Both the position numbers and the translations under genes were made by a program. A stretch of DNA of 64,000 nucleotides from positions 48,918,001 to 48,982,000 of the forward strand of contig NC_092345.1 in NCBI RefSeq assembly GCF_963676685.1. Direction: 5' to 3'. The stretch's first letter is position 1; every line of letters starts with the position of its first letter. This DNA is from Mytilus edulis (Eukaryota). The notes beneath the pieces were generated by a model. That model had not been told where the DNA came from, searched no databases, and saw nothing but the letters and a program-made list of their open reading frames with translations. Positions 12,701-24,940 of this stretch are shown one piece after another.

Positions 12701-15700
12701 GTCACTGGCTTTAATAAACTTTATTTGTTGTAACCTGATTTCAAAATAATACTATATATACGTATACTCTACTAGTATGTTCAAATGAGAAAAAATGATA
12801 ATTAGCTGTGAGTTCAATTTAAACAGTCGTATATTTTCAGAATTTTTTGTAACATTATATCGAGTCTGTTTTTTTCTTATGAACTATAACATGATAAATG
12901 ATAAAATTGATATTGGAAATGGGGAATATGTGTCAAAGAGACAACATCCTAACCAAAGAGCAGAAAACAGCTGAAGGCCACCAATGGGTATTCAACACAC
13001 AAGAAAATCCCACACCTGGAGTGGAGGCAGACTGTGTCTCAGTTGGCCCCTTAACAAAATGTGTTATTTTTTTTACTGTTAGCTTCTAATGTGTCACACA
13101 GAAAAAAAAAGCACCAAAAAAAAAAATACAATGTTATAAAAACTTGTAAATATATTTTGAGTATCAATTACTCAATGGACATGATAAAAGAGAAAAGTTT
13201 CAAAAGTAAAAGTGTAGTGTGAAAATTACATGTATAGTTCCTGTCATCTTTGAAGATTAAAATACTTTTTTATATATAGGTCACAGCATATTCATTTCAT
13301 GTTTATTTATATCTTAATTTATTGACAAACAGATCAATGTGCATGACTTGTTTATGAGCAATATCCTGATGAATCGAAACATTAGGAAATAATCACTTGA
13401 AATAGTATTCCACTGTCTATATTGACACACTTAATATTGCATATCATGTACTAATTTTACATTTACAAGTATGTCAAAATCATATTAGCATTCCAACGTC
13501 TTCCTTAAGGCGCTAGTACAATTGCAAAATTGGGAGTTTTTTCTTCTTAGCAGGAACACTTGTTATTTACCAACACAGATAAAAAAAATCTGTAAATTTT
13601 TATTTTTTTTCATTCTGACTGGAGACTTCATTTATTAAGGCTTTTCTACCTCAGGCATAGATTACCGTAGCTGGATTTTGGCAAAACTTTTAGGAATTTT
13701 GGTCCTCAATACTCTTCAACTTCGTACTTTATTTGGCCTTTTTAACTTTTTTGGATTCGAGCGTCACTGATGAGTCTTTTGTAGATGAAACGTGCGTCTG
13801 GCGTATATACAAAATTTAGTCCTGGTATCTATGATGAGTTTATTTATAAGTGACTGAAGTGTTCCTGGCTAGTTTGATACACTTCAAAATCAATTTACTT
13901 TTCCTATTTGATAGATATGAAATACACTTCACTTTTAAATACTTTGTATTATTTTGACATCAATATTTTTTGCTTTATTGTACCCATTAAATCTATAAAT
14001 GTTATTGAGATTTACAATGAATTGTTATAATAAATTTACTGAGAACAGTAAGGGCTCAAAAATTGCTTTAACCTTGAGCACGAATACCTTCTAAAAAAAA
14101 AATCATTTCTTTAAGAGGTTAATATATATAACTGCTAGGCCAAAATATGCTTACCACATATATAAATTTATTTATATTTGTTAGCATTTTAGTTTTATTT
14201 ATTACATTAATCAACTGTTAAAATGTGACAAACATTGTACAAATAAAAGTTGATATCAATGAGCAAGTTTCATGTGTACAGCACTGTTCAAACAGCCGCA
14301 AAAAACAAAGGGCTTATTACAGATCATCTTCAAGATTTCTTTACCTAAAAATCTATAAATCTTTTAAAGAGTTGTATATACAAACTAGCTCTAATGGATG
14401 GAAAGACAAAAGTATAACTGACTTCACAGATATGCCTATTATTTTGTTGTTGCTGTCTTCTTCGTTCTGATTTTCTTACTATCTTTAATTTCCTACTTAT
14501 TTATCAGGACAAAGTTTGTTTTTGCTTTTTAGATTTAAAGTAACCTCAGTAAATTTTGGGTGATTTATGATTGCATGAAGAATTTTATTAATGTTTTGTC
14601 ATTAAAGAAGGAAGTTTGGTACTTGTTTAAGTTAATCTATTGTCTTGATGATTAATTATACACTGGCTGCTTAAATCACTGTCAGTTTGGATGACCTCGT
14701 TTTATTCACATGTAACGTGTTTAATTCATTATACTAACATTTTGTAAAATTTCTTCACTGGTTATTTCTTTATTAAAAGAAAGTGCAAAAGATCCATACT
14801 GACATTATAACAGCCCTTGGGTAAATATAACCCATTTTCCAAATTTAAACAAGCATTTTTTTCTTTAAAACAAAACATGAAATTTTTTTGTAAATTCAGA
14901 TTTTTTTGTACACCTTTCAGATATTTTAAGACTTTTTAATTGCAAAAATTGCATCAGGATAAGGTTATCATAACTCTTAACAGGATGCACGTACATTTAA
15001 TCAACTGGTGTATTGAATCCTGGATTACGATTAAAACAAGTAACCTGTATAGTGGGTGAAAAACTACATGTAACATGTTATCTTCATGCTACATAATTTT
15101 ACTCTATTGAATAGTTAACCACCCTCTCATCATGTAATAGTTGTACAAAAAAGCTTAAGTTTCTATTTTGTACTAAGACTGATGAATAAAATTATCTAAA
15201 CATAAAGTATAAATATAAGCATTGTTAAATATAAGTAGGATTAATTATAAAAATAAACTGATGATTTTAATAATGTTTAATGACCATGTCAAGGTCGGTT
15301 ACACAACTAATACACTGAAAAGAAAATGAAGTGTCAAACTGTGAAATTCTAGTTAGATACTCCACAGTTTAACATGTTTAATACAAGAATGTGTCCATAG
15401 TAGACGAATACAACAATTGAACTATCATTTTTTAGTTCAGTGGACTTTGAAATTGGGGTGAAAACTCTTATAATTTGGCATAAAAATTAGAAGGATCATA
15501 TCATAGGGCTTATGTGTACTAAGTTTCATGTTGATTGGACTTCAACTTCATCAAAAACTTTCACCAAAAACTTAAACCTGAAGCGGGACAGACAGATGAT
15601 GAACGAACAGACAAACAAAAGGACGCACAGACAGAAAATTATATTTATATATAAACAAACCAGATTATTAAGCTGAGTGACAGTAATCAATGTCGATGAC

Positions 15701-17616
15701 CTTGACAAAACTTGTAATCTGTTACCATGGTTATAGTTAGGTAGTTCTGTTCCACACGTCTCCAAGATGGAGTCTAGCAGCGAAGATACACAACCCTGCA
15801 ATGAAAAGACCAAATATATAAATTCTGTCAATGTGTATTTGCATAACATTGTGTATGTTTTTTATCCAAATGTTCATTCTTTGTCAATCTTAAATTAAAA
15901 AAATATTAATTCTACATTGTACAAATCAAAATAGCTGCTTGCCCAGGGAGCTGGGCCATCTTGAAGTATAAAAGTTCTCGACTTTCCTGTTAGTATTTAA
16001 ATAGTTTGATGTTTGTTTTGAAATGGGAAAACATTATATTCGTCAACATTTTACACCTTGCTTTTGCTACAAGTACATGTACGTGTACAAAATGTACATG
16101 ATGTAGGAATCAATATCTATTGACAAATATAATGTCTACCCATGATAAAATGACTATAGACATGAAAGAGCATTGCACACATGTTGCATGAAAGTATTAT
16201 TTCTTAAATATTGTCATTCATTGAAAAGATATTTATAATGATTGGGAAATGATAAATTTATATTATTATGAGTGAAAAAAATTATAACACTGATCAAATG
16301 CTGTCAAATTAATCCTTAAAAAATTTGTATACAAGCTAATAATTACATGGGTTTGAAAGGAGCAGGCCCAGGTTTTATAATGTGCTCAACTGAAGAGATC
16401 AATTTTGATATACAGTTTGTAATATGTAGGAAATCATACGAGAGCTACATGTATAACTATCCCAATCATTGCCAATGGTCAATTTGCAGCTGTAATATTT
16501 TACCTTTTCAAATCTGTCGTACAAGTCTTTCTCTTTAGAGTCTTCTTCCCACTGAGATACGGCAAGCACTTGTATAATTTGGGCAATCTGCATCAGATTA
16601 TGGCGGGCAATGTGACTGATATGTATATCCGACGTTATACCATAAGGCTCGGGATCACAGATAGCTGGACACACAAATAATGTAAATACTAAGTCTACAC
16701 AAATTACACGGATTTTATCAATGTCATGTTTACCAGTTTTTAGCAGAATATGATAGACCTGTGATATCAGCCATCCTAAAGCTGGTGGAAAACAGTGCAT
16801 ATTATTTTTTAATGCCGACACAAATCTATTTGTTAAAATAACAAGTTTATCTACAATAAATTTTCTATACTCTTGCATTTTTTCAGCATATTGAGGCGTC
16901 CCTTCAGCGCCAAATCGTTTCTGCCTTTCTGCAGCAGGGAATCTGACTAACGCTTTGCCTGGGTCAATATCGTAAAACCATTCATCTTCCATCATAAGCT
17001 TCATCACTGCTTCATGCAGGGCAGCTGTCAGAAACAACCTGGCTGAGAAGAGACAGTCAAACAGTTGTAAAAACATTAACCGGAACCCACATGTACCCTT
17101 TCGTATCAAACGTCGTGGGTCCTCAGCATTAGCTAACTGTAATTCGGCTAGTGTTTTCATCATCTGCATCGCTAAATGTTCATCCTCATGAAGAATGACA
17201 TTGCCATACACAGCTGACACAATAGTTTTTAGAACATCTTGAGTATTTTCAGCAGCAGATTTTTCTCCGTTATCTATACAATGTGCCGCATAAACTGGAC
17301 TATCTCTTAAAATTTTCAAAAATTCTCCATATTTGCAGTCTTGGTATCCTAAATATTTATACCCGTCTACAAAATTGGTCCATTCTAATTGGTTATTATT
17401 GCTACAAACTTCCTTTGCTGATATGTTGGATGCAAACAACAGCTTGTACATACACGATCGCTGTTGTCTTGCAATCCAGGACTGGTGAAATAAATCATCC
17501 GAGTATTTTCTAACATCTTCAAATGTTTTATGTATATTGGTTCGTTGAGCATGAACAAACAGATTCTCCTGTTTGAGATGATGGGCTAGTTCAACGAGAT
17601 CTGACGGTAGAGTCAT
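621..17616 (-). CDS. GAPVD1: GTPase-activating protein and VPS9 domain-containing protein 1 (GAPex-5/RME-6 orthologue), 5' part; 8 coding exons in window, about 784 aa, continues off the left edge
   Basis: N-terminus MTLPSDLVELAHHLKQENLFV and RasGAP motifs (FVCPAICDPEPYGI, IARHNLMQIAQIIQVLA) match GAPVD1 as I recall it, as do linker motifs VIVISLG..PGMLSE, RFSLS and WSTDVLASD. Exons 16504-17616, 15661-15795, 9502-9706, 8465-8701, 4716-5036, 2962-3107, 1478-1582 and 621-711 join in frame with intron phases 0,0,1,1,1,0,0 and end on a phase-1 donor. Confidence 0.93.
1478..1582 (-). CDS. GAPVD1: GAPVD1 coding exon 7 (PLSELSETASDAWSTDVLASDNEEKQAEELSEFDQ)
   Basis: Acceptor tttcag, donor CAG|gttatt; 105 nt; not in the ORF track. 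Confidence 0.85.
1800..2430. mobile_element. piggyBac-like MITE
   Basis: TIR CCCTTTCGCCGAT / ATCGGTGAAAGGG followed by TTAA; left flank degenerate (ATTA). Short internal direct repeat near the left end. Confidence 0.7.
2962..3107 (-). CDS. GAPVD1: GAPVD1 coding exon 6 (DETKSTVSDTWSTDVLASDSE..DRLEEI..), ending at a GC donor
   Basis: Acceptor ttgcag; the best phase-compatible donor is GAG|gcaagt. Confidence 0.82.
3429..4016. mobile_element. Tc1/mariner/pogo-like MITE
   Basis: TA|CAGTGGAGTCC..TCCGCG at left and CGCGGA..GGACTGCACCG|TA at right: imperfect TIR with TA flanks. Confidence 0.6.
4716..5036 (-). CDS. GAPVD1: GAPVD1 coding exon 5 (..EAISEGASSHSVGSVDLE..MISANVSGRGTP..RFGKFEIK..)
   Basis: Acceptor ttctag, donor CTG|gtaaga; 321 nt, open frame, phase 1/1. 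Confidence 0.87.
6043..6489. mobile_element. Foldback-type MITE (long inverted repeat)
   Basis: Arms of about 200 bp are reverse complements of each other (e.g. ttgacacattaaattcatccattg / caatggatgaatttaatgtgtcaa). Confidence 0.8.
6727..7960 (-). mobile_element. Helentron-type non-autonomous element (HINE/DINE-1/pearl-like) with duplicated core of about 500 bp
   Basis: End hairpin gaggctcttaagagcc, GCTCAC/GTGAGC subterminal inverted repeats, gacg/ggac microsatellite, core unit repeated about 495 bp apart. Same family as 19561-20838. Confidence 0.8.
7959..8381 (-). repeat. Second HINE-like element with about 157-bp tandem units
   Basis: ctaaagtta..gtgc.aaaac recurs at about 8008, 8166 and 8322; ends with a gacgacgacgcc tract. 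Confidence 0.65.
8465..8701 (-). CDS. GAPVD1: GAPVD1 coding exon 4 (..EDVIVISLGNDVECPGMLSEQKV..RFSLSQDQESI)
   Basis: Acceptor ttttag, donor TAG|gtatta; conserved VISLG/PGM.SE motif. Confidence 0.87.
9502..9706 (-). CDS. GAPVD1: GAPVD1 coding exon 3 (VTFFRNMVQ...KEKEAVK)
   Basis: Acceptor tttatag, donor AAG|gtacat; phase 0/1, compatible with both neighbours. Confidence 0.8.
10185..11230 (-). mobile_element. HINE-like element carrying six 146-158-bp tandem units
   Basis: tgaggtcaagg motif at 10291, 10437, 10584, 10731, about 10877 and 11035; terminal gtcgagc..tgcaac aaaa gttgca..gctcgac hairpin. Confidence 0.8.
11998..12275. mobile_element. MITE with long TIRs, TA flanks
   Basis: TA|CAGCCGATTTCATTGAG.GTGTAGGCAAAGGTAAT... 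mirrored by ...ATTACCTTTGCCTACACACTCAATGAAATCAACTG|TA; arms of at least 65 bp. Confidence 0.8.
12904..13065 (-). repeat. SINE-like interspersed repeat fragment
   Basis: Similar to 18138-18290 (ggaaatggggaat.tg.caaagagacaac). Confidence 0.6.
13637..13846 (+). mobile_element. Retrozyme/Penelope-associated repeat fragment
   Basis: Contains a minimal type I hammerhead; homologous pieces at 41743-41850 and, reversed, at about 49505-49540. Confidence 0.65.
13761..13804 (+). ncRNA. Minimal type I hammerhead ribozyme
   Basis: gcgtca-CTGATGA-gtct(tttgt)agat-GAAA-c gtgc GTC-tggcgt: stem I gcgtca/tggcgt, both core boxes, stem II, short stem III, GUC site ending at 13798. Confidence 0.75.
15383..15640 (-). 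mobile_element. HINE-like fragment adjacent to the GAPVD1 exon 2 donor
   Basis: caagaatgtgtcc end, aagtttca.gttgattggac core and gaca/gaac microsatellite typical of these elements. Confidence 0.5.
15661..15795 (-). CDS. GAPVD1: GAPVD1 coding exon 2 (GCVSSLLDSILE...TQLNNL)
   Basis: Acceptor ttgcag, donor CTG|gtttgt; 135 nt, phase 0/0. Confidence 0.85.
16504..17616 (-). CDS. GAPVD1: GAPVD1 first coding exon (371 codons, RasGAP domain)
   Basis: Core of the 413-aa ORF. Acceptor ttttcag at 17659, ATG at 17616, donor AAG|gtaaaa at 16503. Confidence 0.95.
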
Positions 17617-18137
17617 TTTCCTTATGTTTTCATCTATCACTTATCACATCATGGAATTCTGAAAAAGAATACGAGAGAATTATTTAAAATGAATTTCTCT
17701 TTTTTTCAAATTGCAAACCTCTTTTTAACAAAAAAAACAAATTGCACATGTGCTGATTGTTACATGAGGAAAAAAATTTGGGGAAGTCAGGGTACTAGGT
17801 AGAGATTTAGTTCACCATGTTAACATGTACCTTTAATTTGTCTGGGAAACATTTGACTTTAGTAGAAGTACTTATTGGAAAATGTAAAACTTATTTCCTG
17901 TATCTTGTATCGTTCTGATCAATAAAATTTTATTCATTGATGTATTCAAAACAAAAACTATCATCATGATCATATAAAAGGAACCAATATTTAGGAAGTA
18001 AATCACTTAAGGAAATCATTCTTTTGTTTTATTCAACATGTTTAATGTTTTTTATGAGTATGTTGACTTCAGTTATAAAATAATATTTTATTCTTAATTC
18101 ATAAGTTAATGTTTTTTTACAAACCACCTGCATAATA

Positions 18138-18395
18138 AAATTGAGAATGGAAATGGGGAATGTGCCAAAGAGACAACAACCCGACCATAGAAAAAAACAA
18201 CAGCAGAAGGTCACCAACAGGTCTTCAATGTAGCGAGAAATTCCCGCACCCGGAGGCGTCCTTCAGCTGGTTCCTAAACAAATATATACTAGTTCAGTGA
18301 TAATGAACGCCATACTAATTTCCAAATTGTACACAAGAAACTAAAATTAAAATAATACAAGACTAACAAAGGCCAGAGGCTCCTGACTTGGGACA
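18138..18395 (-). repeat. SINE-like repeat (3' part)
   Basis: Contains the tgtcccaagtcaggagcc core on the minus strand, related to the caagtcagga motif of many other copies in the window. Confidence 0.65.
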
Positions 18396-19560
18396 ATGTC
18401 AAACAAAAAAACATTTTTAAAATACACGATTATTAAAAAAAAAAAATTAAAATATCTGTTTTGAAGTTCATTCATCATGTTCATAAAATGGGTAATTTCT
18501 GTATTAGAAGGAATCTTTGTGCTATGAGTTTTTAACCAAACAATTTTATTTCTACAGATCAGGTTCATGTTCTCTCTGAAATAAAGCGGAACAAAAATAT
18601 TTAGATTAGTAAATGAAAAATATAAAGCCACTGACATGAATGAGCTAAAATGATTCTGAATTTATTTTGAACTATTAAATACTCTTGACCCAAAAAACCT
18701 TTCTTTTGAAATTGCTTGTTTTGATCTTACTGTCATATGATAATCAATAATATAACCCTAAAGTGTTTTTTACTTGATGCATTAAATTTATATTCTACAC
18801 TTAAAATTTCTTTCCACTTAAAATTATGTAAGTTTATCGATTGTTTCTATTTTCAACAGATCATACTTAGTTTAATGTTTGATATAAACACAATTCCAAT
18901 TGAAGTTTTGAAATTGAATACTAAGGCCAATACATAAAACTTTATAATAGAGCATCGCCGCGCCACAACAAATGACATAAAAAAATAGTGTTTTTTTACA
19001 CCAAATGTGATGCTATCCATAGTTTCTAGGGAGAACACTGAATATGCCCATAGAAGAACATTGGACAACCTGGGTATTTAACAATAGGCATGATAGGTCT
19101 TATAACCAAGATATTTTAACAATAAGCCAACAGAAAACCGTAAGCTTGGTCTTGGAAAACCAGGGAAATCGTAAAGCTTATATCAGGCCAATAGAAGAAC
19201 CTTGGATATTAAACAGGGTTATCTAACAATAGACAAGGGTAAACCAATATTAGGTTAAAAGAAGAAATCTGATAATCAGGATAAGCTAAAAATAGACCAA
19301 TAAACAAAATTGGATATTTTTTATTGCAAATTTTTATTATGTAAAATAACAATGCTACAGTACTTACTAGATGGTGTAAAATAAAGGCCAAAATGCAACT
19401 TCTCTTACAGACAAACTAAGAGAAATACAGACATGGTGAAAGCAAGGTACATTGTATCCCAGGGCCCCACTCATAGAATGGGTGTATAATACATGCAAGA
19501 CATAACAAGATATTTTGTTTTATTTCCTTTACTGTTTACATAAAGTACAAAGAACATTAC

Positions 19561-20838
19561 AAACTAGAGGTGTCGCTCACCTTGGTCTATGTGAATATTA
19601 AACAATGGACACAGATGGATTCATGACAAAATTGTGTTTTGGTGATGGTGATGTTTGTAGATCTTACTTTACTAAACAATCTTGCTGCTTACAATTATCT
19701 CTATCTATAACAGTACTTTCTGTGGAAAATGTTATTGAAAATCTTCAAATTTTAAGAAAATTGTTAAAAATTGACTATGAAGGGCAATAACTCCTTAGGA
19801 GGTCAATTGACTATTTTGGTCATACTGACTTATTTTTAGTTCTTACTTTGCTGTACATTATTGCTGTTTACAGTTTATCTCTATCTATAATAATATTCAA
19901 GATAATAACAAAAAAACAGCAAAATTTCCTCAAAATTACCAATTCAGGGGCAGCAACCTAACAACCGATTATCCGATTCATCTGAAAATTCCAGGGCAGA
20001 TAGATCGTGACCTGATCAACAATTTTACTTCCTGTCAGATTTGTTCTTAATGCTTTGGTTTTTGAGTTATAAGCCAAAAACTGCATTTTACCCCCATGTT
20101 CTATTTTTAGCCATGGCGGCCATCTTGGTTTGTTGGCCAAGTTACCGGACACATTTTTTTAACTAGATACCCCAATGATGATTATGGCTAAGTTTGGTTA
20201 AATTTGGCCTAGTAGTTTCAGAGGAGAAGATTTTTCTTAAAGATTACTAAGATTTACGAAAAATGGTTAAAAATTGACTATAAAGGGCAATAACTCCTAA
20301 AGTGGTCAACTGACCATTTTGGTCATGTTGACTTATTTGTAGATCTTACTTTGCTGAACATTATTGCTGTTTACAGTTTATCTCTATCTATAATAATATT
20401 CAAGATAATAACAAAAAAACAGCAAAATTTCCTTAAAATTACCATTTCAGGGGCAGCAACCCAACAACGAAATGTCCGATTCATCTGAAATTTCAGGGCA
20501 GATAGATCTTGACCTGATGAACAATATTACCCCCATGTCAGATTTGCTCTAAATGCTTTGGTTTTTGAGTTATAAGCCAAAAACTGCATTTTACCCCTAT
20601 GTTCTATTTTTAGCCATGGCGGCCATCTTGGTTGGTTGGGCGGGGCACCGGACACATTTTTTAAACTAGATACCCCAATGATGATTGTGGCCAAGTTTGG
20701 TTAAATTTGGCCCAGTAGTTTCAGAGGAGAAGATTTTTGTAAAAGTTAACGCAGGACGACCACGACGGACGACAATGGACGCCGGACGCCAAGTGATGAG
20801 AAAAGCTCACTTGGCCTTTCGGCCAGGTGAGCTAAAAA
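19561..20838 (-). mobile_element. Helentron-type non-autonomous element, second copy
   Basis: Closely similar to 6727-7960; core repeated about 503 bp apart; terminal agctcacttggcctttcggccaggtgagct hairpin. Confidence 0.85.
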
Positions 20839-21660
20839 TGGAGAATGTGTCCCCATGGACACAGATGATACCCCCGCTTGCATACAACATTATAAAGGGA
20901 CATAACTCAAGAACAATAAAAGTGACCCTACCCAATTTTGTACTTGATTTGAGTTTTGTGGTAGTTAGTATGGTGTAAAGGTTTCATAATGTTTGGTTGG
21001 GGCAAACTTAAGTTACAGAATGGAAACTAAAATTTTTGCAATTATTCTATTTATATGGGGGCATAAAGTTCAATAATGGTTAAAGTGATACTACCCAAAT
21101 TCAACTGGATCTGTGTTTTGTGGTAATGAGCATTGTGTATAAGTTTCATAACATTTGGTTGAGGGCAAGTTAAGAGAATGGAAACTAAAAAAATTGCATT
21201 TTTTTCCATTTGTAAAGGGGCATTACTCGAGAATGATTAAAGTGACCCCACCGAAAATTCCAACTTGATCTGTATTTTGTGGACATAAGCATTCTGTGTA
21301 AGTTTGATAACATTAGGTTGAGGCAAACTAAAGTTAGAGAATGGTAACTAAAAACTGAGCAATTTTTCCTTTTTTAAAGGGGTATAACTTTAGAACTGTT
21401 AAAGTGACGCTACCAAAATTCAATCTTGATCTGTGTTTTGCGGTAATAAGCATTGTGTAGAAGTTTGATAACATTTGGTTGAGGCAAATTTAAGTAAGGG
21501 AATGGAAACTTAAATTTTGTCATTTTTCCATTTATAATCATTAATTGGGCACAACTCTAGAACAGTTTAAGTGAAGCCGCCAAAATTCAAGCATTGTGTA
21601 TTTATAATAAGTGTCATTAAATTTGGTTTAGGCAAACTCAAGTGAGAGAATGGAAACCAC
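20839..21660. repeat. Tandem array of about five 157-167-bp units (HINE-like core)
   Basis: aagtga anchor at 20921, 21084, 21241, 21403 and 21570, each followed by tgttttgtggta..aagttt.ataacatttggttgagg-like sequence. Confidence 0.75.
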
Positions 21661-23680
21661 TTTTGGGGCATACCTACATTGTATGTACATATGGACAAGG
21701 ATAAAAATTCTACTCTTAAAATATGACAAGGAAATTCAGTTTTGCTAAAGCATGAGACTACATCTACCATGTCTACATAGACTCTACAATGAACTATGTC
21801 CCATTTCTTAAAACAATTGAATGTCAAAAAAGATTTTTTACTCTGACATTTCAGGAGATTCTAAAATTTATGTCATGTTGCAGATTGGACAGAAATATCC
21901 TAGTCATTCTAAGTTGTGTCATTTCAAACAGACACAAATTCATACTATAAAGTTGTTATATATATATATTCGTGATCATATACAATCTTCCTGCTGTAAT
22001 CTTTATATATGACATCTTCTGGCTCTTCAGAAAGTCAAATATAATACTTTTTCAACATATCAAAATGTTCCTGAGCATACCATACAAACTTTTTTCACCT
22101 TGTCCAGTTTAATGTAAAGTTATAAACAAATCATATTTAGATAAAATATGTAGATATGCTCATGGCTCAAACTGAGAGTTAACCATTTGTTAATAACTAA
22201 TACTTATAATACATGTACATGTAGCTACATGTAGATGTATATGCAATTTATTCAATTTTATTGCAAGTCAACTTATGCACAACCTCTATGGCCTCATTTT
22301 CATAAAATTTCATATACATGTACAGTCATTAGACAAAAGATAGTTCCCACTAAAAAGTGTACTATCATTTCAACTAAAACCTGTATTTTTAAAAAAAATA
22401 TTACTACTATTGAAACTTTATGGCCGATCTTTATAAAATAGATTCCATGAGATGTAGAAATGTTTGAAGTTTTATATTGTTGCACTGTTAAAGTCATTGT
22501 TTTGTTTAAATTGTAACTGTTAAAAGTTGAGTTCACGATTCCATGTACATTGTACACCCCCTCTCCCTTGGAAACTCCTGGCTATAGGCCTAAAATGCAA
22601 ATGTTTATGATTTTAATTTTGTTGGAATACTTCATGTACTTAGTAAACTTTTCCAGAAATCCAGAATTTTTTTCTCTGTTTCACCACATCAGAAAATTAA
22701 AATAATCATGAATAAAATCATGGCCAAATAAGCAATAAAACTTTAATCTTATGTTTTTTTTTTTAAAATAAATCAGGCAAGTACATGAAGTGGTTAAAAT
22801 TACTTGATAATATTTTTTTGAAAAAGGTTGATTTTAGTTGAAATGATAGGACATTTTCCAGAGTACATGTAGGAACTCACTTTTGTCTTATGACTGTACA
22901 TGTCAAAATAATTTTGTGATTAAAAAAAATAAAAAATTATGTATTGAAATTTATTTAAAAAAAAAAATCTATTATATTTTGAATGTCATATATGTCCAAA
23001 GCTCTTTCTGAAAATTTTTCTTAGATTTGAAATAAAATAGCTTACTGTTTATCATGTTTATATTCAAACGTAACTTAAAGTAATGTTACTGAAACCAGCA
23101 CATAAAACATAAAAATGTGCATGTGATGTTTACGTAATTACTTGTAATTTTGTAATTAGATCACAATTGTTGTTCCAATCAAAACAGTGACCTTGACACT
23201 AAACTTTCTGTCATCATGTTAGGAGACAATTTAAATTGCATCTATGATTAACCTAAGTGCTATTTGTACAATGTATATTGCATTTTGAAATTACAAATAC
23301 TTGTGCAAATGTAAATACAAACAAACATTGCAAATGTTATTTGCAAATAGGAGAAGAAAACCCTAAAAAATTAAATATTAAAATTTCTTACTTTTAGATT
23401 AGGCAACCATATCGGCTGTGTTACATACCAAGTATTAGAGAATCTGTTAGCATGGTGAGGCTAAAAATTAAATGCATGTGCCGTTATTAGACCAACCATA
23501 ATTTACATGCTTCAAACCCTAACCCCAATGGTTCCCAAAGCTTAGATAAATTAACTGGAAATTTGGTCCAGTAAACATCTTCACTGGACAAGATTCTTTT
23601 TACAGGACATGATTTGGAAAGAGTTAAAAATTTAAAAGGCTTGTCCCAATAAGGCATGCATTAAGGCATGCATATACATG

Positions 23681-23834
23681 CAGTCTGCACCAAAAACTTT
23701 TTCAAATACTAGTCCGAAGACCAATGTTCTGACATTTTTCTTTTTGGGCCAAACAAAGTTTTGCAAAAACTCACTAGCCCGAATGAAATTTTACTGGTCT
23801 GGGGCATCGGACTAGTGGCTAACCGTGCAGACTG
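23681..23834. mobile_element. 154-bp MITE with 6-bp target-site duplication
   Basis: TACATG|CAGTCTGCAC ... GTGCAGACTG|TACATG. Confidence 0.7.
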
Positions 23835-24030
23835 TACATGTATCACTTACATGTCACTGGACCAAACCAATTTATACTGGTATTAGGCAATGTAATGACT
23901 GCTACCCCCCCTCACCCACACCAAAAAAAAAATGATTAAAAATTAATATTTCTAATCTTTGGTGTAATCAGAAACAAATCTTCTTTTTCTTTACCCCAAA
24001 ATCCCTGTCATCAGGTCATCTGAAAAAAGC

Positions 24031-24520
24031 TTGTCCCACAAACTAAACTGGAAGACACTACAGGAAAGGAGAGATCAATGTAAGTTCATCATGTTTTACA
24101 GACTAGTGCACCAACTGATTGTCATACCAACTACAAATTTACAGCCAGTAACATTATCAGTAAGAGGACACAAAGAAGGATTCTCTATTCCTTTTGCCAA
24201 GACTCAAGTATATTGATACTCGTTTTTCCCAGACACCATCAGAATCTGGAATGGACTGCCACAACACTTAGTAAACTGTACAACCCTTGAATGATTCAAA
24301 AGGGGTGTACAAGTGGTCCAACTTCGATAGATGTCCAACCTTGTTTTTATTGTTATTTTAAAGAATCACAGTTTTCACTGTAGATAATTCGCACTTACAT
24401 TTGTACCCGCACATTTGTTGTTCTCACATCGAAAATGTACATAAAACAGTATGATCATACTCCCATGGGAATCCTGTACTAGTCTATAAAGGACGTAGAG
24501 GGAACGTAGAGGGAACATAG
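24031..24520 (+). mobile_element. Non-LTR retrotransposon 3' end (ORF2 C-terminus, decayed)
   Basis: Reads LNWKTLQERR..FYRLVHQL..RGH..VY*YSFFPDTIRIWNGLP, a typical LINE ORF2 tail, with stops; short tandem tail (gga(a)cgtagag) at about 24490-24520. Confidence 0.75.
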
Positions 24521-24940
24521 AAAACTTTTCTGACTAAAAACTGAGTCATGAGAAATCTTGTTGTTAATTTTCCAAAACTCGCAAGAGTTCATTCATGCCA
24601 TTACAATAGCACAACTGTAGTTTAATAGTTAATCAGAGCAAATACAGAGGAGCAAACTGATCCCCTGCGTTTAGAAAAAAATATAGGTAGGTAGAATAGC
24701 GTGTGCAGTGTTGTGTTTAGATACAACTCGTTGTGTAGTCTGCAAAATTTTCACCTCCCACTATAAATCGGATGAGGTATTTTGGCCAAACCAGGATTAC
24801 TAAGTGATGATACCAATATTCTCGGATTAGCTAATCCTACATAAGTAGTAAAGGTACTAAAGCAACCTTGTGTCATTTACCTGCACTATCGGTAAAACGG
24901 CAAAAGATAGGTTTTACTCCCCCGAAAAAGTCACCCTTAC

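Noticed and set aside
16399-17640. Full 413-aa ORF as a single-exon protein
   Set aside because: The GTG-started 5' extension precedes the conserved Met at 17616 and the last 34 codons are intronic.
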